IMG/VR virus record: IMGVR_UViG_3300043773_000401
Span: 1 to 64,000 of that record
Length of the DNA: 64,000 bases
Reading direction: 5' to 3' (one strand)
Origin: a virus
Within the stretch, counting starts at the first letter, position 1. Each line of letters starts with the position of its first letter. A program made the position numbers and the translations under genes. Below, one piece after another: positions 24,820 through 34,272 of the stretch. The notes beneath the pieces are model-generated. The model was given only the letters and a program-made list of their open reading frames with translations, was not told where the DNA came from and searched no databases.

Positions 24820-25791
24820 ATGATCTATACTAGCAATGTCATACTATCAACTGATGAAATACCATCTACATGGATATTTGAGTACTATGCTCAATTACCA
24901 TATAAACTGGTAGGACAGTCAGCAAAGATTAAATCAATCTTTAACCCGAAAGATACAAACCCATCTCTAGTATTCTATGTAAAAGATGGTCAGTATAAGT
25001 TTAGAGATTTTTCAGCAGATATATCTGGTAATAAAGTATCCTTTGTAAAGAAACTACTAGAGAAGCAACTAAATAGAGAGATACCAATTAAAGATATTGA
25101 ATGTAAAATTATAGCAGACTATGTAGAGTATCTAGAAAATCATGATCATGAAGATATAAAGCTAGTAGAAGAAGAAAAGTGGAAGATTGTAGATTACAAA
25201 ACTAGAAGCTGGTACATGTATGATGCTAAGTACTGGACTGAATATGGTATAGGTTCTGATGTACTAGAGTTCTTTAATGTCAAGCCTCTGAAGAGTATTA
25301 TTATGAATAGAGGAATTGAGTATCTAGAAATATCTAGAGTCATGAGCTATGCATATACTCAGAAAGATGGCAGTATATACAAATTATATGTACCACTAGA
25401 TAATAAAGAGAAAAGATTCAAGAACTTTAATTCTAAGTATATCCAGGGTATGGATCAACTAAGTTATTCTAAACCTAATCTGGTTATATGCTCATCACTA
25501 AAAGATGCTATGGCTCTATATAGTTTTGGACTAGATCTAGATGTAATTGCACCAAACTCAGAAACTACTTTGATCTCACCAAGTATAATGGATACTCTAA
25601 AGAGTAGCTATCAAAGAATATGTATCTTATTTGACAATGATGATACCGGTAGAGCAGCTACAGCTAAATACCAAAAGAAGTATAATACTGAGTCTCTATA
25701 CCTACCCATAGAGAAAGATATATCAGATGCTGTAAAAGCACATGGTAGAGATACAATTAAACAAGAATTTATTAAAATTTTCAACACATGA
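24820..25791 (+). CDS. dnaG: DnaG-like DNA primase
   Basis: N-terminal SIFNP.D..PSL..FRDFS domain; TOPRIM SLKD and FDNDDTG. Confidence 0.8.
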   Translation: MIYTSNVILSTDEIPSTWIFEYYAQLPYKLVGQSAKIKSIFNPKDTNPSLVFYVKDGQYKFRDFSADISGNKVSFVKKLLEKQLNREIPIKDIECKIIADYVEYLENHDHEDIKLVEEEKWKIVDYKTRSWYMYDAKYWTEYGIGSDVLEFFNVKPLKSIIMNRGIEYLEISRVMSYAYTQKDGSIYKLYVPLDNKEKRFKNFNSKYIQGMDQLSYSKPNLVICSSLKDAMALYSFGLDLDVIAPNSETTLISPSIMDTLKSSYQRICILFDNDDTGRAATAKYQKKYNTESLYLPIEKDISDAVKAHGRDTIKQEFIKIFNT

Positions 25792-26219
25792 GTTGGATAT
25801 ATAACAGAGTGGAGTTTACTCCCGAGATGATTCCTGATGGAGCTATTGGCTTTGTATACTTAATGAGTGCCATTGTAGATGGTAAGTCAGTACTATACAT
25901 AGGCAAGAAGAACTTTTATACTGAGAAAAAGACTAAGCTTAAGAAGACTGAAAAACCAAATGACAAGAGGATGAAAGATTATAAGCTGGTCAAGAAATTA
26001 AACTATCAAAACTATTTCAGCAGCAATGATGTTCTTAAAGAAGCTCACAAGAAAGGAATTCAAATTAAACGGGAGATACTCCATATCTGTTATTCTAAGA
26101 CAGAACTTACTTACATGGAGACTAAACTCCAGTTTGTATATGGAGTACTAGAAAACTCAGATTACTTAAATGGTAACATACTAGGTAAATTTTATAAGCA
26201 AAATGGTAAATTGGGATGA
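25788..26219 (+). CDS. GIY-YIG-like nuclease
   Basis: GFVYLM...LYIGKK...Y.SSN...REIL...E...YLN.NI. Confidence 0.7.
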   Translation: MSWIYNRVEFTPEMIPDGAIGFVYLMSAIVDGKSVLYIGKKNFYTEKKTKLKKTEKPNDKRMKDYKLVKKLNYQNYFSSNDVLKEAHKKGIQIKREILHICYSKTELTYMETKLQFVYGVLENSDYLNGNILGKFYKQNGKLG

Positions 26220-26541
26220 TTTAAAAATCAATCTCTGTACATACTTATACATCCATCAAGACATAGCCTACAATACTGTAGAGTTTCATTTTAATGTAAA
26301 TACTAATTATTATAATGAGCCATATATTTCTGTGGTTTCAGTATATCCTGGTTATATGTCTGATTCTAAAACTACAGGATACATAGTAGATATTTTAATA
26401 GACTATATGAAATACTCAGATGATGAGATAAATAAAGGCTATGTAATGATTGATAAAGACGGTAATGTTGAGATATGGTTGTTTCAGGAAGATAAAAAAC
26501 AAAAAGTAAAATCTTTTAATATAAAAGAATATGGTACATAA
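26203..26541 (+). CDS. Hypothetical protein
   Basis: 112 aa packed ORF. Confidence 0.55.
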   Translation: MVNWDDLKINLCTYLYIHQDIAYNTVEFHFNVNTNYYNEPYISVVSVYPGYMSDSKTTGYIVDILIDYMKYSDDEINKGYVMIDKDGNVEIWLFQEDKKQKVKSFNIKEYGT

Positions 26542-26863
26542 TGCAATGATACTAGAACTATTAGATCTAGGTGCTGTAAAAGCAGTAATAAATTACTCTG
26601 GAGGTGGAGATTCTGGAGCTGTAGATGAAGTAGAATTTCGTGATGCTAATGATAATGTTCTAAAACTAGATGATAGACGTGAAGAAATAGAAGATATGGT
26701 ATATCCTTTATTAAATACACTAGAAGACTGGTGGAATAATGAAGGAGGATATGGACTAATGGTTCTTGATCTAAGAACAGGTGAGTATCATATTGAGAAC
26801 ACTATCTATATCCAACATACTGAAGAGTTTACACATACTGGAACTTTAGAATTAAAAGAATGA
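26531..26863 (+). CDS. DUF6878-like protein
   Basis: YSGGGDSG...WWNNEGGYG (family name recalled, not searched). Confidence 0.6.
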   Translation: MVHNAMILELLDLGAVKAVINYSGGGDSGAVDEVEFRDANDNVLKLDDRREEIEDMVYPLLNTLEDWWNNEGGYGLMVLDLRTGEYHIENTIYIQHTEEFTHTGTLELKE

Positions 26864-27231
26864 GTCATCCTGTAGAGCATGCTAAATCCTCTGTAAGAAA
26901 ATGGGGAGGATCTGTAGAAGATTACCTACCAATACATGAATGGTTTGATGAAACCAAATCTTGGTATGGACATAGTTTACATAGGATGTTTAGACATCAC
27001 TCAGAAGGAATATTTGAGTGTGAAAGAGTATTTGGTAAATACATTATCAATTCAGTAGGTAAGAGAATATACACTAGGTATGTAGGAGAACAGCATGTAA
27101 AAGAAGATTGCTATAACTATATACCTTCTGCTAAAGAATGGATATTGAATATGAATAATCCAACAGAATGGATGCTAAGAACTATTAAAATAGAAAAAGA
27201 AAATGACAAAGACCAAACTAACACCAACTGA
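26860..27231 (+). CDS. DUF6915-like His-rich protein
   Basis: HP..HA.SS.RKWGG...YLPIHEWFD...HR..RHHSEG...EQHVKED. Confidence 0.65.
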   Translation: MSHPVEHAKSSVRKWGGSVEDYLPIHEWFDETKSWYGHSLHRMFRHHSEGIFECERVFGKYIINSVGKRIYTRYVGEQHVKEDCYNYIPSAKEWILNMNNPTEWMLRTIKIEKENDKDQTNTN

Positions 27232-27607
27232 TTATCATAGTATGGTTAACTTGCTTAACTCTACAGATAAAGAAAATACTACAGTAGTATTATCTATACT
27301 AGAAAATCTAGATTTTACTGCTAACTTACCGTATATATTACTTTTGTTAAAGAGAATGAACAGACAAGATAGGGAAAAGATAGATGAGTATTCTAATCTT
27401 TGGAAGAATCTAAATAACATAGGTATTCAAACCAGTAATCCTATTAGAATGGCATTAATATTTCAGAAGATAAAACATCATGTAGATAGAGAAGCTGTAG
27501 AGTTTGTAATGAATGAAGGCTTTATTAATGATGTATTAAAGCATTTACAAGACTGGGGATTTGATTTCATAGATGAAGTAGATATAACTTTAAAACTTAG
27601 AGAATGA
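27203..27607 (+). CDS. Helical protein, paralogue of the C-terminal domains of 29972 and 31038
   Basis: SMVNLLNSTDKENTTVVLSILENLD motif. Confidence 0.7.
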   Translation: MTKTKLTPTDYHSMVNLLNSTDKENTTVVLSILENLDFTANLPYILLLLKRMNRQDREKIDEYSNLWKNLNNIGIQTSNPIRMALIFQKIKHHVDREAVEFVMNEGFINDVLKHLQDWGFDFIDEVDITLKLRE

Positions 27608-28782
27608 ATCTAAATGAGAATCTAGCAAAGGTCAGTAAAGATCTTATGCTTAAAGAGCCCTTCTATGGTTTATATCTATTGATGCTGAATAAGCATTGGT
27701 CAGATAAAGTACCAACAGCAGGTGTGTATATGAAAGGTATTAACTATCAAATTGATATTAATGCTGAGTTCTGGAATAGTCTAGAACACAACCATAAGAT
27801 AGGTCTTCTAAAGCATGAGCTATTGCATATTGCATTCTTTCATTTACTTAGAAGAGATGAGTTTCCAAATAAACAACTAGCTAATATTGCCATGGACTTG
27901 GAGATTAACCAGTATATAGATAGCCAGTATCTACCAGAAGGTGGTATGACACTTGAATTGTTTAAGGATCTTAATCTAGAACCAAAGAAAGGTACAAGAT
28001 ATTATTATGATAAGCTTCAACAAGAAGTAGATAATAATCAAAAGATTCAGAAGATCCTGCAAGCTATGGGTGATGGAGAGGCTAGAGATGGAGATGGTAC
28101 TCTAGTTCCTAACCACGACTGGGAAGCATTTGATGAGTTATCTGATGCTGAGAAGAAATTACTTGGTAGTCAGACAGACTTTCACTTAAAGCAACTAGCA
28201 GATGCTATGAGTAAAGGTAGAGGTACTATACCAGGAGAGCTATCTGATTATATTGCTAAACTTCTTAATCCTGAACCTGCTAAGTTTGATTGGAAAGGTT
28301 ATCTTAGAAGATTTGCAGGTGGATCTATTAAAGTATATACTAAGAAACTTAGAAGAAAGATAAACAGGAGATATGAAGAGAATCCTGGTTTGAAGATTAA
28401 ACCAAAGAGACATGTCCTTGTAGCAATAGATACTTCTGGTTCTGTAAGCAATGATGAGCTTGTAGAATTCATGAATGAGATACATCATATACATAAAACA
28501 GGATCTGATATTACAGTAGTACAGTGTGATACAGCCATTAGTAGTATATTACCCTATAAACCAAATTGTGATATTACAATTAAAGGTAGAGGAGGAACTG
28601 ATTTTGATCCGGTAATTGAGTATTTTAATGCTAACTTAAATAAATATACATGTCTTATTTATCTGACTGATGGTGAAGCACCAGCACCAGATCCTAAGCC
28701 TAAAGGTAAGACATTGTGGGCACTATCTAGTATTTCAAAAGAGGTAGATCATCTACCAGGAGTTACAATTAAATTAAATTAA
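27604..28782 (+). CDS. Metallopeptidase plus vWA domain protein (DUF2201-like)
   Basis: HELLH, NIAMDLEIN; MIDAS DTSGS, GRGGT, TDG. Confidence 0.88.
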   Translation: MNLNENLAKVSKDLMLKEPFYGLYLLMLNKHWSDKVPTAGVYMKGINYQIDINAEFWNSLEHNHKIGLLKHELLHIAFFHLLRRDEFPNKQLANIAMDLEINQYIDSQYLPEGGMTLELFKDLNLEPKKGTRYYYDKLQQEVDNNQKIQKILQAMGDGEARDGDGTLVPNHDWEAFDELSDAEKKLLGSQTDFHLKQLADAMSKGRGTIPGELSDYIAKLLNPEPAKFDWKGYLRRFAGGSIKVYTKKLRRKINRRYEENPGLKIKPKRHVLVAIDTSGSVSNDELVEFMNEIHHIHKTGSDITVVQCDTAISSILPYKPNCDITIKGRGGTDFDPVIEYFNANLNKYTCLIYLTDGEAPAPDPKPKGKTLWALSSISKEVDHLPGVTIKLN

Positions 28783-28789
28783 ACACATT

Positions 28790-29965
28790 ATGGCACAAGT
28801 AAATTTGAACATTGACGAACTAAAGACATTCTTTGGACACATTGTAAAGAATAATCAGCACATACAAGCAGAAGGTAAAGTACCTGTTGCAGTAAATATA
28901 GAAGGTGAAGCGGGTATTGGTAAGACTAGTAGTATATTACAGCTCTCTAAGGAGTTGAACATGAGTATGGTTAAGTTATCTTTATCTCAGATAGAGGAGA
29001 TAGGTGACTTAGTGGGTTTTCCAGTTAAGGAGTTTGAGATGATTAAGGAAGATGGTACTACTGCTTGGGTTCAAGAATCTACTATGCCTATGTACATACA
29101 AAGTAAGTACAAGCCAACTGGAGAAAAGAGAATGACACATGCTGCTCCTGAGTGGATTCAGGGTAAGGAAGAAGGTGGGTTCTTGATCTTAGATGACTAT
29201 ACTCGTGCTGATCAAAGATTCATGCAGGCATGTATGGAGATCATAGATCGTCAAGAATATATCTCTTGGAAGTTACCTAAGAACTGGCATGTTATCTTAA
29301 CTTCTAATCCAGATAATGGTAACTATCTTGTTACTAGCTTGGATGATGCTCAGAAGACTAGGTTTATTACAGTAAATCTAACATTTGATATTGATTGCTG
29401 GGCTCGTTGGGCTGAGTCTGCTAATATAGATTCTAGATGTATTAACTTCTTATTGATGCATCCAGATCTAGTTACAGAGAAGACTAATGCTAGGAGTATT
29501 ACTACATTCTTTAACTCAATTAGTTCTATACCAGATTTCCAGGAGAATCTACCATTGATCCAAATGATTGGTGAAGGTTCTGTAGGAGCTGAGTTCAGTA
29601 CTATGTTTACTATGTTTATCAATAATAGATTGGATAAAATGATACATCCTAAGGATATCATTAATAATCCAAACTGGGCATATGTAAAAGGTGAGTTGCT
29701 AAACTCTATTGGTAAAGATGATTCTTATCGTGCAGACATTGCTAGTGTGATGACTACTAGAACTATCAACTATGCATTGAATTATGCAGAAAAGAATACT
29801 GTAGATCAGAAGATCATTGATAGAATCATAGCTCTTACTACAGATGAAGATGTATTTACTAATGATCTTAAGTATTATATTATCAAGGGTATTGTAAATG
29901 GTAACAAGACTAAGTTTACCAAGCTTATGATGAACCCTGAAGTTGTGAAAATGGCAGTAAAATAA
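28790..29965 (+). CDS. MoxR-like AAA+ ATPase
   Basis: GEAGIGKT, GDLVGFP, LDDYTRA, TSNP, LDDAQKTRF. Confidence 0.85.
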   Translation: MAQVNLNIDELKTFFGHIVKNNQHIQAEGKVPVAVNIEGEAGIGKTSSILQLSKELNMSMVKLSLSQIEEIGDLVGFPVKEFEMIKEDGTTAWVQESTMPMYIQSKYKPTGEKRMTHAAPEWIQGKEEGGFLILDDYTRADQRFMQACMEIIDRQEYISWKLPKNWHVILTSNPDNGNYLVTSLDDAQKTRFITVNLTFDIDCWARWAESANIDSRCINFLLMHPDLVTEKTNARSITTFFNSISSIPDFQENLPLIQMIGEGSVGAEFSTMFTMFINNRLDKMIHPKDIINNPNWAYVKGELLNSIGKDDSYRADIASVMTTRTINYALNYAEKNTVDQKIIDRIIALTTDEDVFTNDLKYYIIKGIVNGNKTKFTKLMMNPEVVKMAVK

Positions 29966-29971
29966 TAGCCT

Positions 29972-31036
29972 ATGGGATTATATTTATTTCCCACTGTAGA
30001 TATGACAAAGATGGCAAAGCTTCGTTTCTTACGGGCTTTGCCTTATCTACATAGTGGTAATAGTAGTAATAGTTTAACTTTATTGTTTGTTGCAGATAAA
30101 ATTGAGAATGTTAAAAAGATAGAAGACATTTTCACAGGAACAAAAGGTACAATAAAGAAAGGAGATAAAGTTTATATTTTACCAGCATGTAAGATACCGG
30201 GATATAAACTAAAAGAATATGCTAAAACAGTAGGAGCTACAATCACTAGTAACTATGAAAAAGCTACAGTAATAGTTGGAACATCTGGATACAGAGGTAG
30301 ATCAGAGTTTAGAGATACTCCTATAAAGTCTATGGTTACTAACTTTGGATATTATATTAAAGAGTTTAAAACTGAAAATCTTCGTACTTATATAGAAAAT
30401 AATAAAGTACTAAAAGAGTTATCAATCATAGGACATAACCTAGATGAGTATGAATCTTTTGTTACTAATATGAGATTCCAGGATAGCTTAATGGGGGATC
30501 ATGCATTTGCAATTACACCACTAGGAGCAGATATACTATACAATATCTTTGCTAATAAAGTAACAGTGATATCAGAAGATGAACTAGTTAAAGATATAGC
30601 TCCAACTGGTATACTTACAGATGAGATGGTAGCATCACTAAAAGAAATGTTTAAATCTTATGATGAATCTAATCACAAAATAGCTCAAGAGATTTTGTAT
30701 AACTGTGATGTAGAGAATTCTATTTATAATATCTATAAGTTAGTAAGAGACGTTGGTGTCTGGAAGCTTATGGATAATAGAAATAAGAATGCTAAACTAT
30801 TTGCAGAGAGATGTAGTATTTATAAATTACAGGATGCAGATGCATATAAGATTATTAAACTCTTAAATGAAAATTATCCTGAACAGCTGACAACAGAAGT
30901 ATTCAATGAATTACTAGCAGGTGCAGCTAAAAGATATATGAGACATATAACTGACTCAGAAATATTTACAGTAGAGGTAAAACTATCTGATAAGTTTAAC
31001 AAGTTTAACCCAGAATTCACTTTTAAAATTCCTTAG
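29972..31036 (+). CDS. BRCT-like plus shared helical domain protein
   Basis: KLKEYAKTVGATITSNYEKATVIV; SLKEMFKSYDESNHKIAQEILYNCD. Confidence 0.65.
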   Translation: MGLYLFPTVDMTKMAKLRFLRALPYLHSGNSSNSLTLLFVADKIENVKKIEDIFTGTKGTIKKGDKVYILPACKIPGYKLKEYAKTVGATITSNYEKATVIVGTSGYRGRSEFRDTPIKSMVTNFGYYIKEFKTENLRTYIENNKVLKELSIIGHNLDEYESFVTNMRFQDSLMGDHAFAITPLGADILYNIFANKVTVISEDELVKDIAPTGILTDEMVASLKEMFKSYDESNHKIAQEILYNCDVENSIYNIYKLVRDVGVWKLMDNRNKNAKLFAERCSIYKLQDADAYKIIKLLNENYPEQLTTEVFNELLAGAAKRYMRHITDSEIFTVEVKLSDKFNKFNPEFTFKIP

Positions 31037-31037
31037 T

Positions 31038-32102
31038 ATGTTTAAAGAAATGTTTTATTTAACTCAAGTAACTTCAACAAGTAATACACTTGTACTTGAT
31101 AAGTATATGGTTAATGATTTTAAAGTAGAGTATGATAGTGATGGTGATTTAGAACCTGACACATCAGAATTAAATAGAAATAATATTAACTTTAAAAAAG
31201 AAATAGATATTAATAGTATTAAAACTATTTATCTTAGTTCTCATTGTGGTGCTCCTAGAGTTAAAGTTAGAGAGTGGGCAGAGAAGAATAATATAAAACT
31301 AGTAAGAGATGCTAGTAAAGCAGATGCTTGTTTCTATTCAGAAAAAGATTATGATTGTGCAAGTAGATTATATTGTCAGGTTTTGAGTAAACAATTACTT
31401 ATTAAACTACTCACTAGTTCAGTAAATAAACATAGTAATACTATAGAAATTATTAGAACTATTCAGAACATGCATGATGTAGAATACTTCTTTACTAATA
31501 GAACTGTGTTTTATAATAATCCATTACTAGTAAACGGTAAAGAATCTAAAACCTGGACTTGTCAATATGTATATGACCAAGATGCTTATGAATCTGTAAG
31601 TCATTTACTAATTGCTGATAATATTTATCATGTAGATGTACTAAATAAATTTATTAACAATGGTGTGGTGATAAATAGAGAAATGTATAATTCACTATGC
31701 TTAATGTTTGATAGTGAGGATCCTAGTAATCATGTGGTTGCTATGGAGATTATGGCAAATTCTGATTTTGAGAAAAGTGCACTATATTTGTACAGGTTAT
31801 TCATGCATTATGTTAATAATAAAATTTATAATAGAAAGGAAAGAAACCATGTAAACTTTAAGAATTTAGTAAAGTGGATGAATAAAGGTACATATCATGA
31901 AGATGATACAGCTGAATTCTTAATTGAAAAAGGTTTGTTTACTCAGTCTGTGGCAGATGAATTACTAGGAATATTTAAAGAGGATAAAGATAGATATATG
32001 ACAATGAACTCTCTTACTTTTACTGATATAGATTTTACTGATGATATAAAGAGTAAGATAATTCTAGATCCTGTAGTAGAAGAAAAATTAGAACAACTAT
32101 GA
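31038..32102 (+). CDS. BRCT-like plus shared helical domain protein (paralogue of 29972)
   Basis: KVREWAEKNNIKLVRDASKADACF; SLCLMFDSEDPSNHVVAMEIMANSD. Confidence 0.65.
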   Translation: MFKEMFYLTQVTSTSNTLVLDKYMVNDFKVEYDSDGDLEPDTSELNRNNINFKKEIDINSIKTIYLSSHCGAPRVKVREWAEKNNIKLVRDASKADACFYSEKDYDCASRLYCQVLSKQLLIKLLTSSVNKHSNTIEIIRTIQNMHDVEYFFTNRTVFYNNPLLVNGKESKTWTCQYVYDQDAYESVSHLLIADNIYHVDVLNKFINNGVVINREMYNSLCLMFDSEDPSNHVVAMEIMANSDFEKSALYLYRLFMHYVNNKIYNRKERNHVNFKNLVKWMNKGTYHEDDTAEFLIEKGLFTQSVADELLGIFKEDKDRYMTMNSLTFTDIDFTDDIKSKIILDPVVEEKLEQL

Positions 32103-33166
32103 TAAACACAGAAGTTAATGCTATTAGACTAGAAGAAGAATTTTATGGTAGGTATCACTACTTTAGTTATTCAGCAATTAACAGACTGTTATTCTCACCT
32201 AAGTTATTTTACAATCACTATATTCTTGGTGAAAGAGAAGATAAATTAGAATCTCATTTGATAGAGGGCAAGGTTATCCATTGCCTTCTATTAGATAGAG
32301 ATAAGTTTGAAGAGCAGTTTGCATTGTCACCGGATAAACTTCCAACTGATAGTGTGAAGACTGTAATAGATAGAGTATATAACTATCATATGCAGCAAGT
32401 TAAAGAAGGCTTCTCAGTAGAGACTGCCACATTAGATTATTATGCAGATATAATTTTACAGACTCTAGTAGAAGTAAACTTGCATCAAGCATTAACAGAT
32501 GATAAGAAAGCAGATAAAGAAGGGGTCCAAAAGACCGGAGACCAAAAGAGATTAGAGAAAGTTATAACAGATCAAACAGCTAGTTACTTTGAGTTCTTAA
32601 AGATAAAAGAAAAGAGAGACATAATAGATCAAGCAACGTATAATAAATGTATGGATATTGTTTCTATACTGGAGCAAGATCCTAAAGTAAGAATGTTACT
32701 GAATCTTGATGATGATGGGAGAACTACATTTAATGAGTATCCATTATCCTTTGAATCTAAAGCTCACGGTTTTGGGTTTAAAGGTATAGTAGATAATTTC
32801 TCTATAGACTTTGCTCACCGCAAGATTTATATTAATGACCTAAAGACATCTGCCAAGTCAATTGATAAGTTTCCTGAAAGTGTAGAATATTACAAGTACA
32901 ATCTCCAAGCTATTATGTATGTCAGATTAGTATCATGGTATATAGAGAATCATTTTGGTATTGATGTAGATGGTACATGGACTATAGACTTACATTTTGT
33001 AGTAATAGATCCGTACAAGCAGGTCTATGCTTACAAAGTATCTGATGATACTATGGTTAGATGGTTAGATGAGTTCTCTGATGTACTTAAGAAGGTTCAG
33101 TGGCATTATGACAACAGAAGATATGACTTACCCTATAGTTTAGCTGTTGATAACTTAACACTGTAA
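32099..33166 (+). CDS. PD-(D/E)XK exonuclease (RecE/Cas4-like)
   Basis: SYSAI, G.VIH, NE, KGIVD...INDLKT, Y.LQA.MY. Confidence 0.8.
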   Translation: MINTEVNAIRLEEEFYGRYHYFSYSAINRLLFSPKLFYNHYILGEREDKLESHLIEGKVIHCLLLDRDKFEEQFALSPDKLPTDSVKTVIDRVYNYHMQQVKEGFSVETATLDYYADIILQTLVEVNLHQALTDDKKADKEGVQKTGDQKRLEKVITDQTASYFEFLKIKEKRDIIDQATYNKCMDIVSILEQDPKVRMLLNLDDDGRTTFNEYPLSFESKAHGFGFKGIVDNFSIDFAHRKIYINDLKTSAKSIDKFPESVEYYKYNLQAIMYVRLVSWYIENHFGIDVDGTWTIDLHFVVIDPYKQVYAYKVSDDTMVRWLDEFSDVLKKVQWHYDNRRYDLPYSLAVDNLTL

Positions 33167-33173
33167 ATACCAT

Positions 33174-33743
33174 ATGAGCAAAATTAAGGACTTATATCGG
33201 AACTATTTTCAAAAGTCTAGGATATTTTTATATCCAGCATTAGACATAAAGAAGGGTAATAGTGTTACTCCTATTGAAACCTATATATCTTGGAAAGGAT
33301 ATGTAGAACAAACAGACCGGAGGTTAATCTGTCTCTATCATCTAAGAAATGATGTAGAATATAGAACCTTTGAGAAATCCAAGTTACTAAAGAGTAGTTT
33401 ATTTGAAGACTTTAGAGAAGTAGAGGGTGGTAAAGGAGTGTATATATTTAACTATGACATGTATAGTAAAGACTGGCAGCATTTTCTGAATGGTGAGTAT
33501 TCTAAATTTAGTTTCCCACTAAAGAAGAAGATCAGAGACTTTATAGGCTCAGCATCTAGTAACTCTGTATATGTAGATAGTTATTTGTATCCTGAGAAGT
33601 ATTATAGAATATATGCAGATATACTTGGTGTAGATGAAGATACTCTTAGATCTACTGGGCAATTATGTGATAAACCAGATTTTAACAAAGAATTGTTAGA
33701 AATATCTGTAAAAGATTTGCAAATAAATAAAATTATCACTTAA
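33174..33743 (+). CDS. Hypothetical protein
   Basis: 189 aa ORF. Confidence 0.7.
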   Translation: MSKIKDLYRNYFQKSRIFLYPALDIKKGNSVTPIETYISWKGYVEQTDRRLICLYHLRNDVEYRTFEKSKLLKSSLFEDFREVEGGKGVYIFNYDMYSKDWQHFLNGEYSKFSFPLKKKIRDFIGSASSNSVYVDSYLYPEKYYRIYADILGVDEDTLRSTGQLCDKPDFNKELLEISVKDLQINKIIT

Positions 33744-33748
33744 ATTTG
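33716..33748 (+). promoter_or_regulatory. Bacteroidota sigmaA promoter
   Basis: TTTG-N21-TAAATTTG upstream of ATG 33772. Confidence 0.55.
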
Positions 33749-33771
33749 TGCTCTATTAAAAACCAAAGTAT

Positions 33772-34170
33772 ATGAATTCAATGATGTTAGTATCTGGTAC
33801 ATTCCAGAACATCCCAACTTTTAGAATGATCCCATTAACTAAAGAGTGTCCATATGTAGAGGCATACTATAATCCTATGTATAATGTACTAGGTATTGTA
33901 TCTCTAAATAAGAAAGCAGCTTTACATCTTACTAATAAGTTAGATGATAATGGAGATCCTATATTGAGAAAGGATTTTAAAGCTAGAGAAGAACAGAAGC
34001 AATCTCCTTATAAACAACACAAGGTTACCTTGGAAAACTATGAAGAATTCTTTATTACAAATAGAGATGAGATCAAGTGGTTTATTGAGAAGTTTGCAGC
34101 TAACATGAATGAATTTGACTATAGTAAATATCTTACTAGTATTGCAGCAGAAGAAGTTCCTGCTCCATAA
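33772..34170 (+). CDS. Hypothetical protein
   Basis: 132 aa ORF. Confidence 0.7.
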   Translation: MNSMMLVSGTFQNIPTFRMIPLTKECPYVEAYYNPMYNVLGIVSLNKKAALHLTNKLDDNGDPILRKDFKAREEQKQSPYKQHKVTLENYEEFFITNRDEIKWFIEKFAANMNEFDYSKYLTSIAAEEVPAP

Positions 34171-34207
34171 CTGGTATTAAATTAATGTGTTTGGCGACTG
34201 ATAACTA

Positions 34208-34230
34208 GGGGGTAGAAATATCCCCTTTTT
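34208..34230 (+). terminator. Intrinsic terminator
   Basis: GGGGG-tagaaata-TCCCC-TTTTT. Confidence 0.55.
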
Positions 34231-34272
34231 ATTTAATTATAACGGGGAGACAGCTTAACTGAATAAAACATT

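Noticed and set aside
32099-33166. CRISPR-associated Cas4
   Set aside because: No Fe-S cysteine set and no CRISPR context; fits a phage recombination exonuclease
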